NCBI GenBank assembly: GCA_038087875.1
Contig: CM075980.1
Coordinates: 44,082,001-44,146,000 of the forward strand
Reading direction: 5' to 3'
Origin: Malacoraja senta
Taxonomy: Eukaryota
Length of the DNA stretch: 64,000 nt
A program made the position numbers and the translations under genes. This document shows, piece after piece, positions 1-11,845 of this stretch (positions are counted from its first letter, which is position 1; each line of letters begins with the position of its first letter). The notes under the pieces were generated by a model. The model was not told the DNA's origin. It ran no database searches and was given only the letters and a program-made list of their open reading frames with translations.

Positions 1-1226
1 CCTGGTGTGGAACACCTCATCCTGGGTGCAGATGCGGCATAGACGGAGCTATTGGGAGTGGGGGGTGGAGTACTTACAGGAAACAGGGTGGGAAGAAGAG
101 TAGTCTAGATAGCCATGTGAGTCAGTGGGTTTATAGTAGATGTCGGTCAGTATTCTGTCACCTGCGATGGAGATAGTGAGGTCTAGTAACTGTAGGTAGA
201 TGTTGGAAATTGTCCAGGTGTATTTGAGTGCCAGATGGAAGTTAGTGGTGAATTGAATGAAGTCAGTCAGTTCTGTATGGATGCTGGAGGTAGCACCAAT
301 GCAGTCGTCGATGTAGCGGAGGTAGAGTTCAGGGATAGGGCCATGGTACGCCTCGAACAAGGATTGTTCGACATACCCTACAAAGAGGCAGGCATAGCTT
401 GGGCCCATGCGCGTGCCCATAGCTACGCCTTGGATTTGGAGGAAATGGGAGGAGTTAAACGAAAAGTTGTTGAGGATAAGGACCAGCTCCGCTAGGCGGA
501 GGAGAGTATCAGTAGATGGGGATTGGTTGGTTCTGCAGTCGAGGAAGAAACGGAGGGCTTTAAGACCCTCCTGGTGGGAGATGGAGGTGTAGAGTGACTG
601 GACATCCATGGTGAAGATGAGGGAATGGGGGCCTAGAAAATGGAAGTCAAGACAAAGAGCGTGTGAGGTATCTTGAACATACGTAGGGAGGGATTTAACC
701 AAGTGGGATGGATGGAGTCGAGGTATGTGGAAATATGTTCGGTGGGGCACGAATAGGCCGAAACAATGGGTCTGCCAGGACAGTCAGGTTTGTGGATTTT
801 GAGGAGAAGGTAAAATCGGGCCGTGCGGGGCTGCGGAACGATGAGGTTGGAGGCTTGGGAGGGCAGGAAGCCGGAAGTGATGAAGTCAGTGATAGTGGCC
901 TGGTGCTCGTCTGTGGGGTCATGGTCCAAGGTTAAGTAGGAGGAAGGTACACAAAAATGCTGGAGAAACTCAGCGGGTGCAGCAGCATCTATGGAGCGAA
1001 GGAAATAGGCAACGTTTCGGGCCGAAACCCTAAGTAGGAGGAGGTGTCTTAGATTTGGCAAGTGGCCTCAGCCTTGTAGAGATCAGCGCGCCAGACTACC
1101 ACGGCACCTCCCTTGTCGGCAGTTTTGATCACCCAGTCTGGGTTGTTGCAGAGTGAGTGGAAGGCTGTCCGTCGGGGGGGGGGGAGGTTAGAGTTCGAAA
1201 GGGGAGTGGAGAAGTTGAGGCGGCTG
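1..1226 (-). mobile_element. Penelope-like element, reverse transcriptase region (frameshifted)
   Basis: ORFs 49..750 and 633..1061 carry PLE RT motifs KIHKPDCPGRPIVS, FTMDVQSLYTSI, QIQGVAMGTRMGPSYACLF, YLRYIDD and YYKPTDSHGYLDYSSSHP; the element runs into an N gap. Confidence 0.9.
945..1030 (-). mobile_element. Short PLE terminal-repeat (pLTR) insertion inside the PLE RT
   Basis: Matches the pLTR at ~37817-37902; flanked by the 12-bp direct repeat TAAGTAGGAGGA (933-944, 1031-1042); truncated within hammerhead stem II. Confidence 0.8.
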
Positions 1227-1469
1227 ANNNNNNNNNNNNNNNNNNNNNNNNNNNNNNNNNNNNNNNNNNNNNNNNNNNNNNNNNNNNNNNNNNNNNNNNN
1301 NNNNNNNNNNNNNNNNNNNNNNNNNNNNNNNNNNNNNNNNNNNNNNNNNNNNNNNNNNNNNNNNNNNNNNNNNNNNNNNNNNNNNNNNNNNNNNNNNNNN
1401 NNNNNNNNNNNNNNNNNNNNNNNNNNNATGTAGGCAATAAATATAATTACTCAGTAAATGAAAAGGGAT

Positions 1470-1643
1470 TAAGGAAAGAGCGTTCACGTCGCGGCCCTGC
1501 TTCCACCAAGCTTTCCACCACCACGCACAAGAAGCACAAGAAGCGACAAGACAGACACCATTGTATACAGATGCCGAGAAGTGTGTTCAGCTCTGGCCGA
1601 ACAACTTCTAATCTTGTGTGTGGACTCGATAAGAAGAAGAAGT
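1470..1643 (+). mobile_element. Probable LINE 3' end with (AAG)n tail
   Basis: Ends ...tgtggactcgatAAGAAGAAGAAG, a microsatellite tail typical of non-LTR elements; clade not determined. Confidence 0.35.
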
Positions 1644-1805
1644 AAATGAAAAGGTTAATTCTAGTTAATTGCACCACAGTGATCCAAAAATTGTCGAGCA
1701 CTGTAAAGGCAGGCACAGTTATCACTGCAAGATACACCTGCACCTGTTTCAGTTGTGGGTCTGTCACAGGTGCTGTAGAATTGCCATACCGCTAAAGGAA
1801 AATAA

Positions 1806-2112
1806 TGGGCCTGTCCCACTTGGCCATTTTTTAGGCAACTGCTGGCGACTGTCATACTCGTAGCAGGTCGCTGAAAAACCGGCGACAACCTACGACAGCA
1901 CCTACATCAGGAGAAGTCAAGCTACGCTCATTGGCATCAAACCGACTGTCGCCGAAAATGTTTCAACATGTTGAAAATCTAGTGGCGACTAGAAAGACGC
2001 TACGACTTTTTGCACGACTGAGGAGACTACTCCCGGCGACCACCGGCGAACATGTGGCGACAAACTAGTCGTCTGTAGTTGCCTAAAAAATCGCCTAAGT
2101 GGGACAGGCCCA
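1806..2112. mobile_element. PIF/Harbinger (Tourist-like) MITE
   Basis: TIRs TGGGCCTGTCCCACTT / AAGTGGGACAGGCCCA; TAA TSD at 1803-1805 and 2113-2115; internal GGCGAC/GTCGCC repeats. Confidence 0.85.
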
Positions 2113-2671
2113 TAACGGTGTTCAGTCATAGGTTGGAACTGAGACAAGACGACCTGGTGAATGGTGACTTGATCGAGGTGTGGGGTGTCAGGCTTGAAGT
2201 GCTTTACATTTTTTAATACTTAACAAAATATCTTTTAATTGCACAGTTGGTTTCAATCATTTCTGAATGACTATCTTTTGAATATCCCCGACATTCAGAA
2301 GCAAGTCCTTAACTGTCCTGTCAGCTGGCAAGGGCTGGGTGTGGATTAGCCAGTTGGCAATGCCTTCTCAGTTGATTTGTGAGGCGAGGCTCTTCAGCTC
2401 TGCCCACCCAAAAACATGAAGGCATAATATAACACACCTCACCATTCGGCAGCAGGAACGGCCTTTGGCACCATGCTGACAAAGGATTATCAGTTGGTAT
2501 CCGCGTCAGTGACTCCTTCGTGCGATGCAAGCAAACATACATCCTCATAGTTCTCTCAAGGCATGCAGGCATTGGATCATGACCCCCAACAAAGATAGCA
2601 GAGGTGCTGTTGATCACAAAGTTCTCCTTTTACTGAACATTCACTAAGATGTCAACAATACTGCAACAGAA

Positions 2672-2838
2672 ATGTGGAGGAAAGAACTACAGATGCTGGT
2701 TTAAACCGAAGATAGACACAAAATACTGGAGTAACCCAGCGGGACAGGCAGCATCTCTGGAGAGAAGGAATGGGTGACGTTTTGGGTCGTGACCCTTCTT
2801 CAGACTGTGATTTACTCCAATATTTTGTGTCTATCTGC
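2672..2838 (-). mobile_element. PLE-derived mini-element with degenerate hammerhead
   Basis: pLTR consensus; the minus strand reads CTGAAGA-AGGGTCACGACCC-AAAACGTC; short inverted arm at the right end. Confidence 0.75.
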
Positions 2839-4370
2839 AACGTAAAAGATACACTGTACACTCCAAACATAGTACTTACGGTAAGTAGAAAATACAACAA
2901 CTTGAAAATCAGACGTGGAAATTAGGTTCAAATTCATTCCAAAGTGACTACAGAAATGTATAACCTTGTGACAGAGTATAATGAGTGAACTTTGCCACGG
3001 TGGGTGCACCATGCATGCATGTTTGAAACCTCAGGGCATGTACCACAAAGTGCTGTGGGCAGAAAATTATGCAAAGATTTGACTCGGCTGCAATGGAAAA
3101 ACACATTCTTCCTTCACCCTCCCGAAAACAAACACGAATGTTAACCATATAGGAGAGAAACCTTCCACTTACAATTTTGACTTGTTAATTAAATGCTCAA
3201 AAACAAATGTCTGCTAATTTTCTTCCTCTTTCAGGTGGATTGCTTGGGCCACAGTCACCATCAATGTGACTATGATCGGTTGCCAGGACCATGTTCATCC
3301 AGAATGGGATTTTTTTTCTGCCTGCTTTCTCTCTCTTTGCTTCAGGAAGGCCTTTCATCTAATTGTCTAACAGAATGAACAACATTACACATGATGCCAG
3401 TTAAGGTTGAATGACAGACAAGGCCACGGTTTGGCCTTGCAAAGCCTTGGCCTTGAAGCTGAATACTCTTCCGTTGCAACTACAAGGTTAGAGGAAGTCG
3501 AACCTTACTTTTGACTTTGAGTCTATTAAACCACAGTATATTCAAAGTAAAATTGTTGGCACGGTGTGAAATTGACTAAAGTCTATTTTTCTTTCTATTT
3601 CAGACCACCATGAGAATTCAGGATTGGACCTGATTACATTAAAGCTTTTGTTTTAAACCACATTCGATCTTTCCCCTAGATTCTTTCGCAATTCACAGAG
3701 AACTGATTACTCCAATGGGAACTGTTGTATTTCCATGTGGATAAAAAAAGACCCATCGTAATGCAGAAAGACTTTCAGGCATTAAAAATGAAACTACAGC
3801 ATGGATAAGTGACCACAACATTTCAAGATGCATGGTCATATTTTCAGTTGGAAAAGCATGTTGTCTCTCTCTGTAGGACCAACTCATTTAGTTGTGTGTG
3901 TAATGGAGTATTTTATGTTATCTTCAACAATAGGTCAAATCAGAAGGGAAGATGTGAATTGATTTTATCTAGGGAGTTATGATTTCCACTGCAATGCTTA
4001 AAACTCACAGATTTGCTAGATGTGGTACTCAAAGGTGTTTGTCAATGTTACTACACATCAGTCTGAAGCTAGTCCCACACAAGGAGAAGACTTGATGAGA
4101 TAAACCATTGACTTCCATTGGAGTAAAACAGATTTCTAAGTCTTCATTTACAAATCGTTGGAGGGAGAAGTCAAATAAAATGGGAATAAGATTTTTCTGC
4201 GTGGTGACGCTGAGCTGGCAGCAATATCTGTTCTGGGCCTGGCAGTTCACCCCAATCTTACCTGAACTGGACCCAACAGGTAGGTCTCTGACAACCTTTC
4301 ATTACTCAGGGATGTGATTGCCGAGGTACAGGTCAAGGTGGGCTGATAACCTACCAGGACAACTTGACAA

Positions 4371-4668
4371 AATATTACACATGTATGCGATGGATCTATC
4401 TTGGGCCCCACCTCGGTCATCGTTGACCATGGGTGATGCATCCTAGTTGTCGGCTGCTTGCCCCAAACCTCGGCTAGAGCAGCATGGCTGGTGGCTGAAG
4501 AGACCAGTGCGGGAGTGACAGACTCTGTGGCAAAGGTCACATTTGTGTGTGGTCTCTGCAGCCACAAACGATGCTCGTCTAGCCGAGGTTTGGAGCAAGC
4601 AGCCAACAACTAAGATGCATCATCCATGGGGGGCCAAAGATAGATCCATCGCATACATGTGTAATATT
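4371..4668. mobile_element. Foldback/MITE-like element
   Basis: Imperfect inverted arms of ~120-135 bp (AATATTACACATGTATGCGATGGATCTATC... / ...GATAGATCCATCGCATACATGTGTAATATT); possible TA target site. Confidence 0.65.
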
Positions 4669-4879
4669 CATCACATGCGATGGATATGCTCTCCAAAATT
4701 GTGTTTTTGGGAGGCAATCTGCAATTGGATATGACTGCTTTACTTACACAGACAGTCTTAATCAGAAAGTGGGAAATAGAAAGCTTCAAAAGCAAATCTA
4801 GAGTTATGCTGGGCATCTTTCCACTGAGTGTTCTACAAGTTGAATTAAGCCTTTAGTTAAGTCCATCAGGAAGTTCGTA

Positions 4880-5312
4880 CATTCACAAGTTATAGGAGTA
4901 AATTAGGCCATTCAGCCCATCGAGTCTGCCATGGCTGATCTCTACCCATTTTCCTGCCTTCTCCCCATAACCCTTGACACCCGTTCTAATCAAGAATTTG
5001 TCCATCTCTGCCTTGAAAATATCCACTGACATGGCCTCCACAGCCTTCTGTGGCAATGAGTTCCACGGATTCCTCTGACTAAAGTAGTTCCTCCACACCT
5101 CCTTTCTAAAAGAGCGCCCTTTAATTCTGAGGTTATCACCTCTAGTCCTACTCTCCCTCCAGTGGAAACATCCTTTCCACATCCACTCTATTTATGGCTT
5201 TCATTATTCTATAAGTTTCAATGAGGTCCCACCTCAACCTTCTAAACTCCCGTGAGTAGAGGCCCAGTGCTGTCAAACGCTCATCATGTGCTAACCCACT
5301 CATTCCTGGAAT
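4880..5312 (-). mobile_element. CR1/HER1 LINE 3' fragment
   Basis: ORF 4883..5182 ESRTRGDNLRIKG...WNSLPQKAVEA, the CR1 ORF2 C-terminus, followed by the 3' UTR. Confidence 0.85.
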
Positions 5313-5565
5313 CTTTCCACATCAGGAAGGATGTGGGTCTACAAGGGTGGTAGTCCCACGGGCAGCAGAGATGCTCAGTTCAAATTCTCCTTATACATGG
5401 ACGACATGACATTCTGCTCCTAGTCACTTTTGGTCTTCAGTTCAATGAGGATTTGTGATCTATTCAAACTGATCTTTGGGGCCAGAGTGTTTCACAGTAA
5501 AAGTGAAGCCACGTTCTCAAGCGGTGGACCTAACTGATCCTCTGATCCCTTCAGCGTCCGCTTAC

Positions 5566-5625
5566 CTAATGATGTTGGGCATTTGGTTTGGGGGAGCCAG
5601 GGCTTGTAGCAACACTGCGTGGAGT
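5566..5625 (-). other. Candidate 60-nt exon (unassigned)
   Basis: Acceptor ttctatctgtAG and strong donor AG|GTAAGC; no recognisable product. Confidence 0.25.
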
Positions 5626-5683
5626 CTACAGATAGAATTTAAAAATGTATTTTGGCAACTACTTTCCTAGGCTGGTCATCAGG

Positions 5684-5896
5684 AGTGTAGGAAGGAACTG
5701 CAGATGCTGGTTTAAACTGAGGATAGACACAAAATCCTGGAGTAACTCAGCGGGACATGCAGAATCTCTGGCGAGAAGGAATGGGTGACTAAGGAATGGG
5801 TGACTGAAGTCTGAAGAAGGGTCTCGACCCAAAAATTCATCCATTTCTTCTCTCCAGGGATGTTGCCTGTCCTGCTGAGTTACTCCAGCACTTTGT
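5684..5896. mobile_element. PLE-derived foldback mini-element
   Basis: Inverted pLTR arms around a degenerate hammerhead at 5811-5838. Confidence 0.75.
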
Positions 5897-6363
5897 TTTA
5901 AAAAATTTTAATTTTGTTAAATATTTATTTTATTAAAAGCAATTATACAAAGAGAAAGTAATCTACATAACAGTTATACAATTTTCGTACTGCTTCAATT
6001 TTAATATTTTATAAACTAATAACTAAATCGGAAAAAAAGGAAAAAGGAAAAAAGGGAAAGAAAGAAAAAAAGAAAAAGAAAAGAAAGAATTTCGAGAAAG
6101 ACATGAAAAGGAAAAATGAAAAACCCCAGAACTAACGAGGAAGTGAAAGAAGCGGAGATGTATCCCACTGCCCTTCCATACGCCCACTCACCCGACCCTA
6201 GCGTTGGTTTTGAGTTTGTGTTCAACCATTATGTTGTTGAAGAAATTCAATAAAAGGAGACCATATTTTGGAAAATTGATCTGGTTTGTCAGTCAAGACA
6301 AGCCTTATTTTTTCTAGATGTAGTGTCTCGGTCATTTCTGTGATCCACATCTTCACTGGGGGG
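5897..6363 (-). mobile_element. 5'-truncated L1 LINE
   Basis: Minus strand encodes KMWITEMTETLHLEKIRLVLTDKPDQFSKIWSPF (L1 ORF2 end, similar to 55156..55575); A-rich tail; 16-bp TSD TACT(C/A)CAGCACTTTGT at 5881-5896 and 6364-6379. Confidence 0.85.
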
Positions 6364-7454
6364 TACTACAGCACTTTGTGTCTAGTCTCTGCGATGCTGT
6401 GCCTGGTACAAACATGGCACACTCACCACGACTTTGCCATAAGCCGTTCTCACTTTACTGGAGCTCAGAAATGGATCAAGTTCAATCAATACAGGTTATG
6501 GTTTGCTAGGTGTCACACAAGTATCCCCTGCCATTTTCCTAATGCAAACAAAAATGCAATTACACTCTCAAATGAGGCAAGTACTTGAATTCCAGGCATG
6601 GGTGGCACCAGAATAAACAACTGCAGGTCCCTCACACTTTGCAACTTTAGAGCATGTTTTCCAGAGGGAACAAATTACGAGGCCTGTGCTTTGCTCCTTG
6701 TACTGGTACACAATATGACATTTCTATTCCATAACCAGATGTCTCTTGTCTGACTCCCATGAACAGAATTTTAATCCAAAATGCTCTGCTCGCTTCTTTC
6801 CTGAGAGATTCCTTCTGTTATTGAAGCTAAAGCAGGCTAAAGGGCAATATTACTCCAACTGAGAATTAATAACTTAGTCCCTGAGAACTCAGATGAAATT
6901 CCATCACTATTTATAGTGAAATTATAAATTTCCGATTTTGTTTTAAACTGTGAACAATGGAATTCCTCCCCCTCACGTTGCTGCAAAGATCCAATATTTC
7001 CGCAGAAATTCCGGCTACGGATGTATTAACTTGCGTCAATATGGTTTTAAGGTTATTGAGCGTAGGCAACTTGAGATTTTAAAAAGTTACTAAATGGACA
7101 TCATCATCCCGGAAATTCAAGAAGTTAGCTGTGATCCGGTTGAAATTAATGTAGTTCTTCTCCAAAAGCAGAAGGTTGGAAAACATTACACATTAAAAAC
7201 ACTCAGAATTGAATTTAGGTACCTGCCATGTGAATGACTGATTAAACAAAAATACCCCTAGTGGATGGGAAAGTGGGATAACATGGAACCAGTGATGGAC
7301 TTGATGGGCCGAAGGGCCTATTTCTACGCTGCGTCTCAAAACTAAACTAATGAATGTAATTAATGAAGTTTGTGAACAACTTACTAATCAGCTAGAGCAA
7401 AACAGATCAGAATTGAAGAATTGAAGGAAGAGAGGTAAATGTTATGTCATGAGG

Positions 7455-7587
7455 AATAGGAGTAGAATTAGGCCATTTGGCCCATCAATTCTACTCCGCC
7501 ATTCAATCATAGCTGATCTATCTCTCCCTCCCGGCCCTATTCTCCTGCTTTCTCCCCAAACCCTCTGACACCTGTACTAATCAAGAA
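7455..7587 (-). mobile_element. CR1 3' UTR fragment
   Basis: Matches the CR1 3' end seen at 9015-9160 and 26770-26920. Confidence 0.7.
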
Positions 7588-7601
7588 ATGTTCATCTTAA
7601 T

Positions 7602-8190
7602 CAGAGTTGTATGGGGCTCTGGTAAGACCACATCTGGAGTATTGTGTAGTTTTGGTCTCCTAATTTGAGGAAGGACATCCTTGTGATTGAGGCAGTGCAG
7701 CGTAGTTTCACGAGATTGATCCCTGGGATGGCGGGACTGTCATATGAGGAAAGATTGAAAAGACTAGGCTTGTATTCACTGGAGTTTAGGATGAGAGGAT
7801 ATCTTATAGAAATATAAAATTATAAAAGGATCGGACAGGCTAGATGCAGGAAAAATGTTCCCAATGTTGGGCAAGTCCAGAACCAGGGGTCACAGTCTTA
7901 GAATAAAGGGGACGTCATTTAGGACTGAGGTGAGAAAATACGTTTTCACCCAGAGAGTTGTGAATTTGTGAAATTCCCTGCCACAGAGGGCAGTGGAGGC
8001 CAAATCACTGGATGGATTTAAGAAAGAGTTAGATAGAGCTCTAGGGGCTGGTGAAATCAAGGGATATGGGGAGAAGGCAGGCACAGGTTATTGATTGGGG
8101 GATCAGCCATGATCACAATGAATGACGGTGTTGGCTCGAAGGGCTGAATGGCCTCCTCCTGCACCTATTTTCTATGTTTCTATGTTTCTA
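7602..8190 (+). mobile_element. CR1/HER1 LINE 3' fragment
   Basis: ORF2 C-terminal remnant (LYGALVRPHLEYC...SRTRGHSLRIKG) and (TTTCTATG)n tail. Confidence 0.85.
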
Positions 8191-9236
8191 AAACCAGGCA
8201 AAGAACTCAAGTGGAAGGACAGTACCAAATTTGGTAAAACACCAGGTATGAAGTCATGATGCTTTGCTTGACTTTTGGAGACCCTGGGAGATTTGGTTTG
8301 TAGGCTGGGGAAGGAAAATATACAGAGATGGTTGTAAACAAGTGAAAGGGAAAGGGAGTCAGCATCTGTAAAGGGATATGGCTAGGAGAACTGACAGGGT
8401 AAAAATTTGGCAGATGGCTTAGAATATGCTGAATTGTGAAGATATTCTTTTTGATAGGAATAGAAAAACAGAATATTGATGAAAGAAACAGAATCTATGG
8501 AATGCTACAATGCTGAGGGATCTGGAGTGTCCTATATAAAACACAGAAAGTAATTAGAAAGTTATGTGGAACATTGACCTTTCTTGCAGGGGTAACCAAG
8601 TAGGAAAAGGTCAGGAAATTTTACAATTTTTATGAAATTCCACTGGAATCCAGATTCCAGGATTAAATTAATTGGGTTGATTCCTCGGATGAAGGGGCTG
8701 TCTTACAAGAAAGTTGTAGCTTTACTCATTAGCATTTAAAAAAGGTGAGAAGTGATCTTAATGAAATGCACAAGATTCTGGTGGGTTCTGATGGAAGCTG
8801 ATGGAAGCTGACTGATCTGAAACATTAATTCTGTTTCGTCGCTCCAGATACTGCCTGACTTGAGTATTATGGGATAATTTTTCCTATTATCTATGGCAGT
8901 AAAATGGGTGCTAGTGAATCCGTTGCAAGTTCCACATGAATTCACTTCATTTCCAATGAAGTCAATAACCAGACATTAACCAGGATGCATTGACCCTGCC
9001 ACATGGTGTTTCTTGAATAGTACGGGTGTCAGAGGTTATGGGAGAAGGCAGGAAAATGGGGTTAGGAGGGAGAGATAGATTAGCCATGATTGAATGGCGG
9101 AGTAGACTTTATGAGCCGAATGGCCTAATTCTACTCCTATCACATGAACTATGACCTTATGATTGCTACAGGTTTGTTTTGAGTTAGTAGCTTGTATTTA
9201 AACTAATCCTTCACTCAATTTAATCAATCAATCAAT

Positions 9237-9537
9237 TGGCGCCCATTGGCGCAGCGGTAGAGTTGCTGCCTTACAGCGCCGGAGACCCGGGTTTGATCCC
9301 GACTACAACTGCTGTCTGTATGGAGTCTGTACGTGACCTGAGTGGGTTTTCTACGAGATCTTCGGTTTCATCCCACATTCCAAAGACGTACAGGTTTGTA
9401 GATTCATTGGCTTGGTATAAATGTAAATTGTTCCTAGTGTGTGTAGGATAGTGTCAATGTGTGGGGATCGCTGGTCGGTGCGGACTCCGTGGGCCGAGGG
9501 GCCAGTTTCCGCGTTGTATCTCTAAACTAAACTAAAA
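9237..9537 (+). mobile_element. HE1-type tRNA-derived V-SINE
   Basis: tRNA head (TGGCGCAGCGGT, GGTTTGATCCC), V-domain-like core, CR1-like tail GGGCCGAGGGGCCAGTTTCC, (TAAAC)n end. Confidence 0.85.
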
Positions 9538-9619
9538 CGAAACAATTCTGATCTATTTTGCTTTAGCTGGTCAGTAGGTTGTTAACAAACTATTGATAAT
9601 TAATTAATTACGTACATTA

Positions 9620-9876
9620 CTTTAGTTTAGAAACACAGGATAGAAACAGGCTCTTTGGCACATCAAGTTCATGCTTACCATCACTGGTTCCATCTTATCC
9701 CATTTTCTCATCTATTTAAAAAAAGAGACCAATTAACCTCCAAATCGTTTGGAATGTGGGAGGAAACCGGAGCATTCGGAGGAATCCCATGAGGTCACAG
9801 GGACAACGTCAGGATCAAACCCGGGTCCCTGGTGCTGTGAGGCAGCAGCTATACCAGCTGCAGCATTGTGCTGCCC
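9620..9876 (-). mobile_element. HE1-type SINE (degenerate)
   Basis: Reverse-complement match to the other HE1 copies. Confidence 0.7.
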
Positions 9877-9904
9877 TACTGTTTATACACAACAGCTAAC
9901 TAAA

Positions 9905-10262
9905 AGAGACATAGAAAATAGGTGCAGGAGTGAGCCATTCAGCCCTTCAAGACAGCACAGCCATTCAATATGATCATGGCTGATCATCCAAAATCAGTAC
10001 ACTGTTCTTGCTTTTTCTCCATATCCCTTGATTCCGTGAGCCCGAAGAGCTAAATCTGACTCTCTTTTGAAAACATCCAGTGATTTGGCCTCCACTGCAT
10101 TCTGCGGCAGAGAATTCCGCAGATTCACAACTCTCTGGGTGAAGAAAGTTTTTTCTCATCTCAGTCCTAAATGGCCTACCCCTTGTTCTTAAACTGTGAC
10201 CCTGGTTCTGGACTCCCCCAACATCGGGAACATTTTTCCTGTATCTAGCCTGTCCATTCTTT
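9905..10262 (-). mobile_element. CR1 LINE 3' fragment
   Basis: ORF2 C-terminal remnant and 3' UTR. Confidence 0.8.
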
Positions 10263-10297
10263 TAATCTAATACATCATCACATAATGTAATACCTCA

Positions 10298-10925
10298 CAG
10301 GGCTGTCAACATTGGGCGAGAGTTGGGAGTGCAGCGCAGTTCAGTGCAGTTACAGTAATTCAGCGCAGTTACAGTAATTGAAAATCTAGCAGGCAAGCAG
10401 GATGCTTTCTCCAACCACCCCCATTTAAAGGCCACTATCTTCCACCGCTTCCACCCAGTGCTTGGTACCTACTTCCAGCAGCCACTGGTTGTCCTCCAAG
10501 ATGCACCGAACCGCAGCCTGGTCCATGCCGGTCACCAGGGCAAATTCAGCGCAGAGACTCTCACGGCAGCGGCGCAACGCTTCCGACGCCTCCGACGGCC
10601 CGGGACTCTTGCACTGAGGCTGCTCCATGGCCCGAGCTGCATCGAGCGACTCGCCAACCCGGCAAACATTCGCCAGCCCGGCAAACACTCGCCAGCCCCG
10701 GCTCCCCGTCTGCATCTGCCCCCGCCGCTGCTTCTGCTTCCATCCGTCCCTCCACCCCGGCTCTCCAACACCCGCGGCCCATGCAGTTGATATTAGTTTT
10801 GAAATTCTCGTTGATCACAGAATTTCTCACGACAGAGCGTGAGAAATTTGTGATCAGCGTGAGAGCGTGAGAATTGGGCCAAATGCGTGATTCTTACGCT
10901 CAATGCGTGAGAGTTGGCAGCTTTG
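10298..10925. mobile_element. Non-autonomous TIR DNA transposon (hAT-like) carrying a gene fragment
   Basis: TIRs CAGGGCTGTCAAC (10298-10310) and GTTGGCAGCTTTG (10913-10925); subterminal GCGTGA array at 10825-10912; no clean TSD. Confidence 0.65.
10473..10628 (-). pseudogene. TDP2: TDP2 (tyrosyl-DNA phosphodiesterase 2) exon-1 homolog, UBA-like domain; apparently a transposon-captured fragment
   Basis: gccATGG Kozak start; MEQPQ...RRCRESLCAEFALVTGMDQAAVRCILEDNQWLLE resembles TDP2 LCVEFASVASCDAAVAQCFLAENDWEME; phase-0 donor GAA|GTAGGT; exons 2-7 not found in the window. Confidence 0.75.
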
Positions 10926-11524
10926 GAGTTACTCATATGGAATATAACCAGATTTCCACATTGGAAACCAAAGAACATTGCAGACCATAAAACTCTGATG
11001 TGAAGAGTAACGTTTACCAGGAGAAATACCTCAGAGAAAGTCAGGCAGAGATAAATTCATATTGATCTTACCTATCAGTTGGCAAAAGCACACCAGATTG
11101 TTTCCAGAGAACTGACCTGGCTGCAAGCACAACAGACAATCGACAGCAAGTCTCTGCTTTAAATTATCAGCTGATAAACATCACAGAGAACAAAGAAGTA
11201 GGTCAAGGGCCACAAAACCTATCATACTTTGAGAATAATTGCCCAACTTCAAAAGTTCTCAAACAGTGATTGAATAAATTCAAAAAATCATAATTGAAGA
11301 TTGCACTTTCACCAGTCCATTCCAAGTCCTCTGAACTAATCAAGTCGTCAATTATGCCAACAATTCATATTAAAAATAGGAAGACTCAATGCAAATCTAC
11401 TCTTACATGCCAGTGAGCATTCATGAGCATCTATGATTAAACGTACGATGTGATTCTCCTAAACCCTTGCCCAACATTTATCCCTTAATCTACTGCATTC
11501 AAATCTGATCATTCCTGCTGCCAT

Positions 11525-11845
11525 TCGAGTCAAGTGTTTATTGTCATATGTCCCAGATAGAACAATGAAATTCTTACTTGCAGCAGCACATCAGAATATG
11601 TAAACATAGTAACTGTAAACAATATGATAAACGAGAGAAAAAAAAGTTCAATGTGTGCTTATATAAACACATACTCACAAATACACATATATGTAGATTA
11701 TATATATATATACACACACAGAAAAACAAATAATAACAAAGCAATAATAACAATAATAATCTATGTAGATCAGAGCTTATTTGAGATTGTAGTGTTTAAG
11801 AGCCGAATGGCTGTAAGGAAGAAGCTGTTCCTGAACCTGGACGTT
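11525..11845 (-). mobile_element. Rex1/Babar LINE 3' fragment
   Basis: Same 3' end as 24358-24895 (SRFRNSFFLTAIR; ...catatgacaataaacacttgactc). Confidence 0.75.

Noticed and set aside
1451-1645. Basic plus-strand ORF (KGLRKERSRRG...KKKK) as a terminal coding exon
   Set aside because: It ends in an (AAG)n tail typical of a LINE 3' end, and no homolog was recognised
3235-3700. Plus-strand acceptor-like sites at ~3235 and ~3604
   Set aside because: Frames close quickly and give no recognisable product
4029-4250. ORF with EDLEICFTPMEVNGL as TDP2 exon 3
   Set aside because: It lacks the WN(I/V)DGL motif and suitable splice sites; the resemblance is superficial
7455-8190. Head-to-head CR1 pieces as a twin-priming inversion
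   Set aside because: Both pieces carry 3' ends and belong to different subfamilies, so they are independent insertions
9237-9310. tRNA genes suggested by A/B boxes
   Set aside because: These are HE1 SINE heads followed by SINE core and tail
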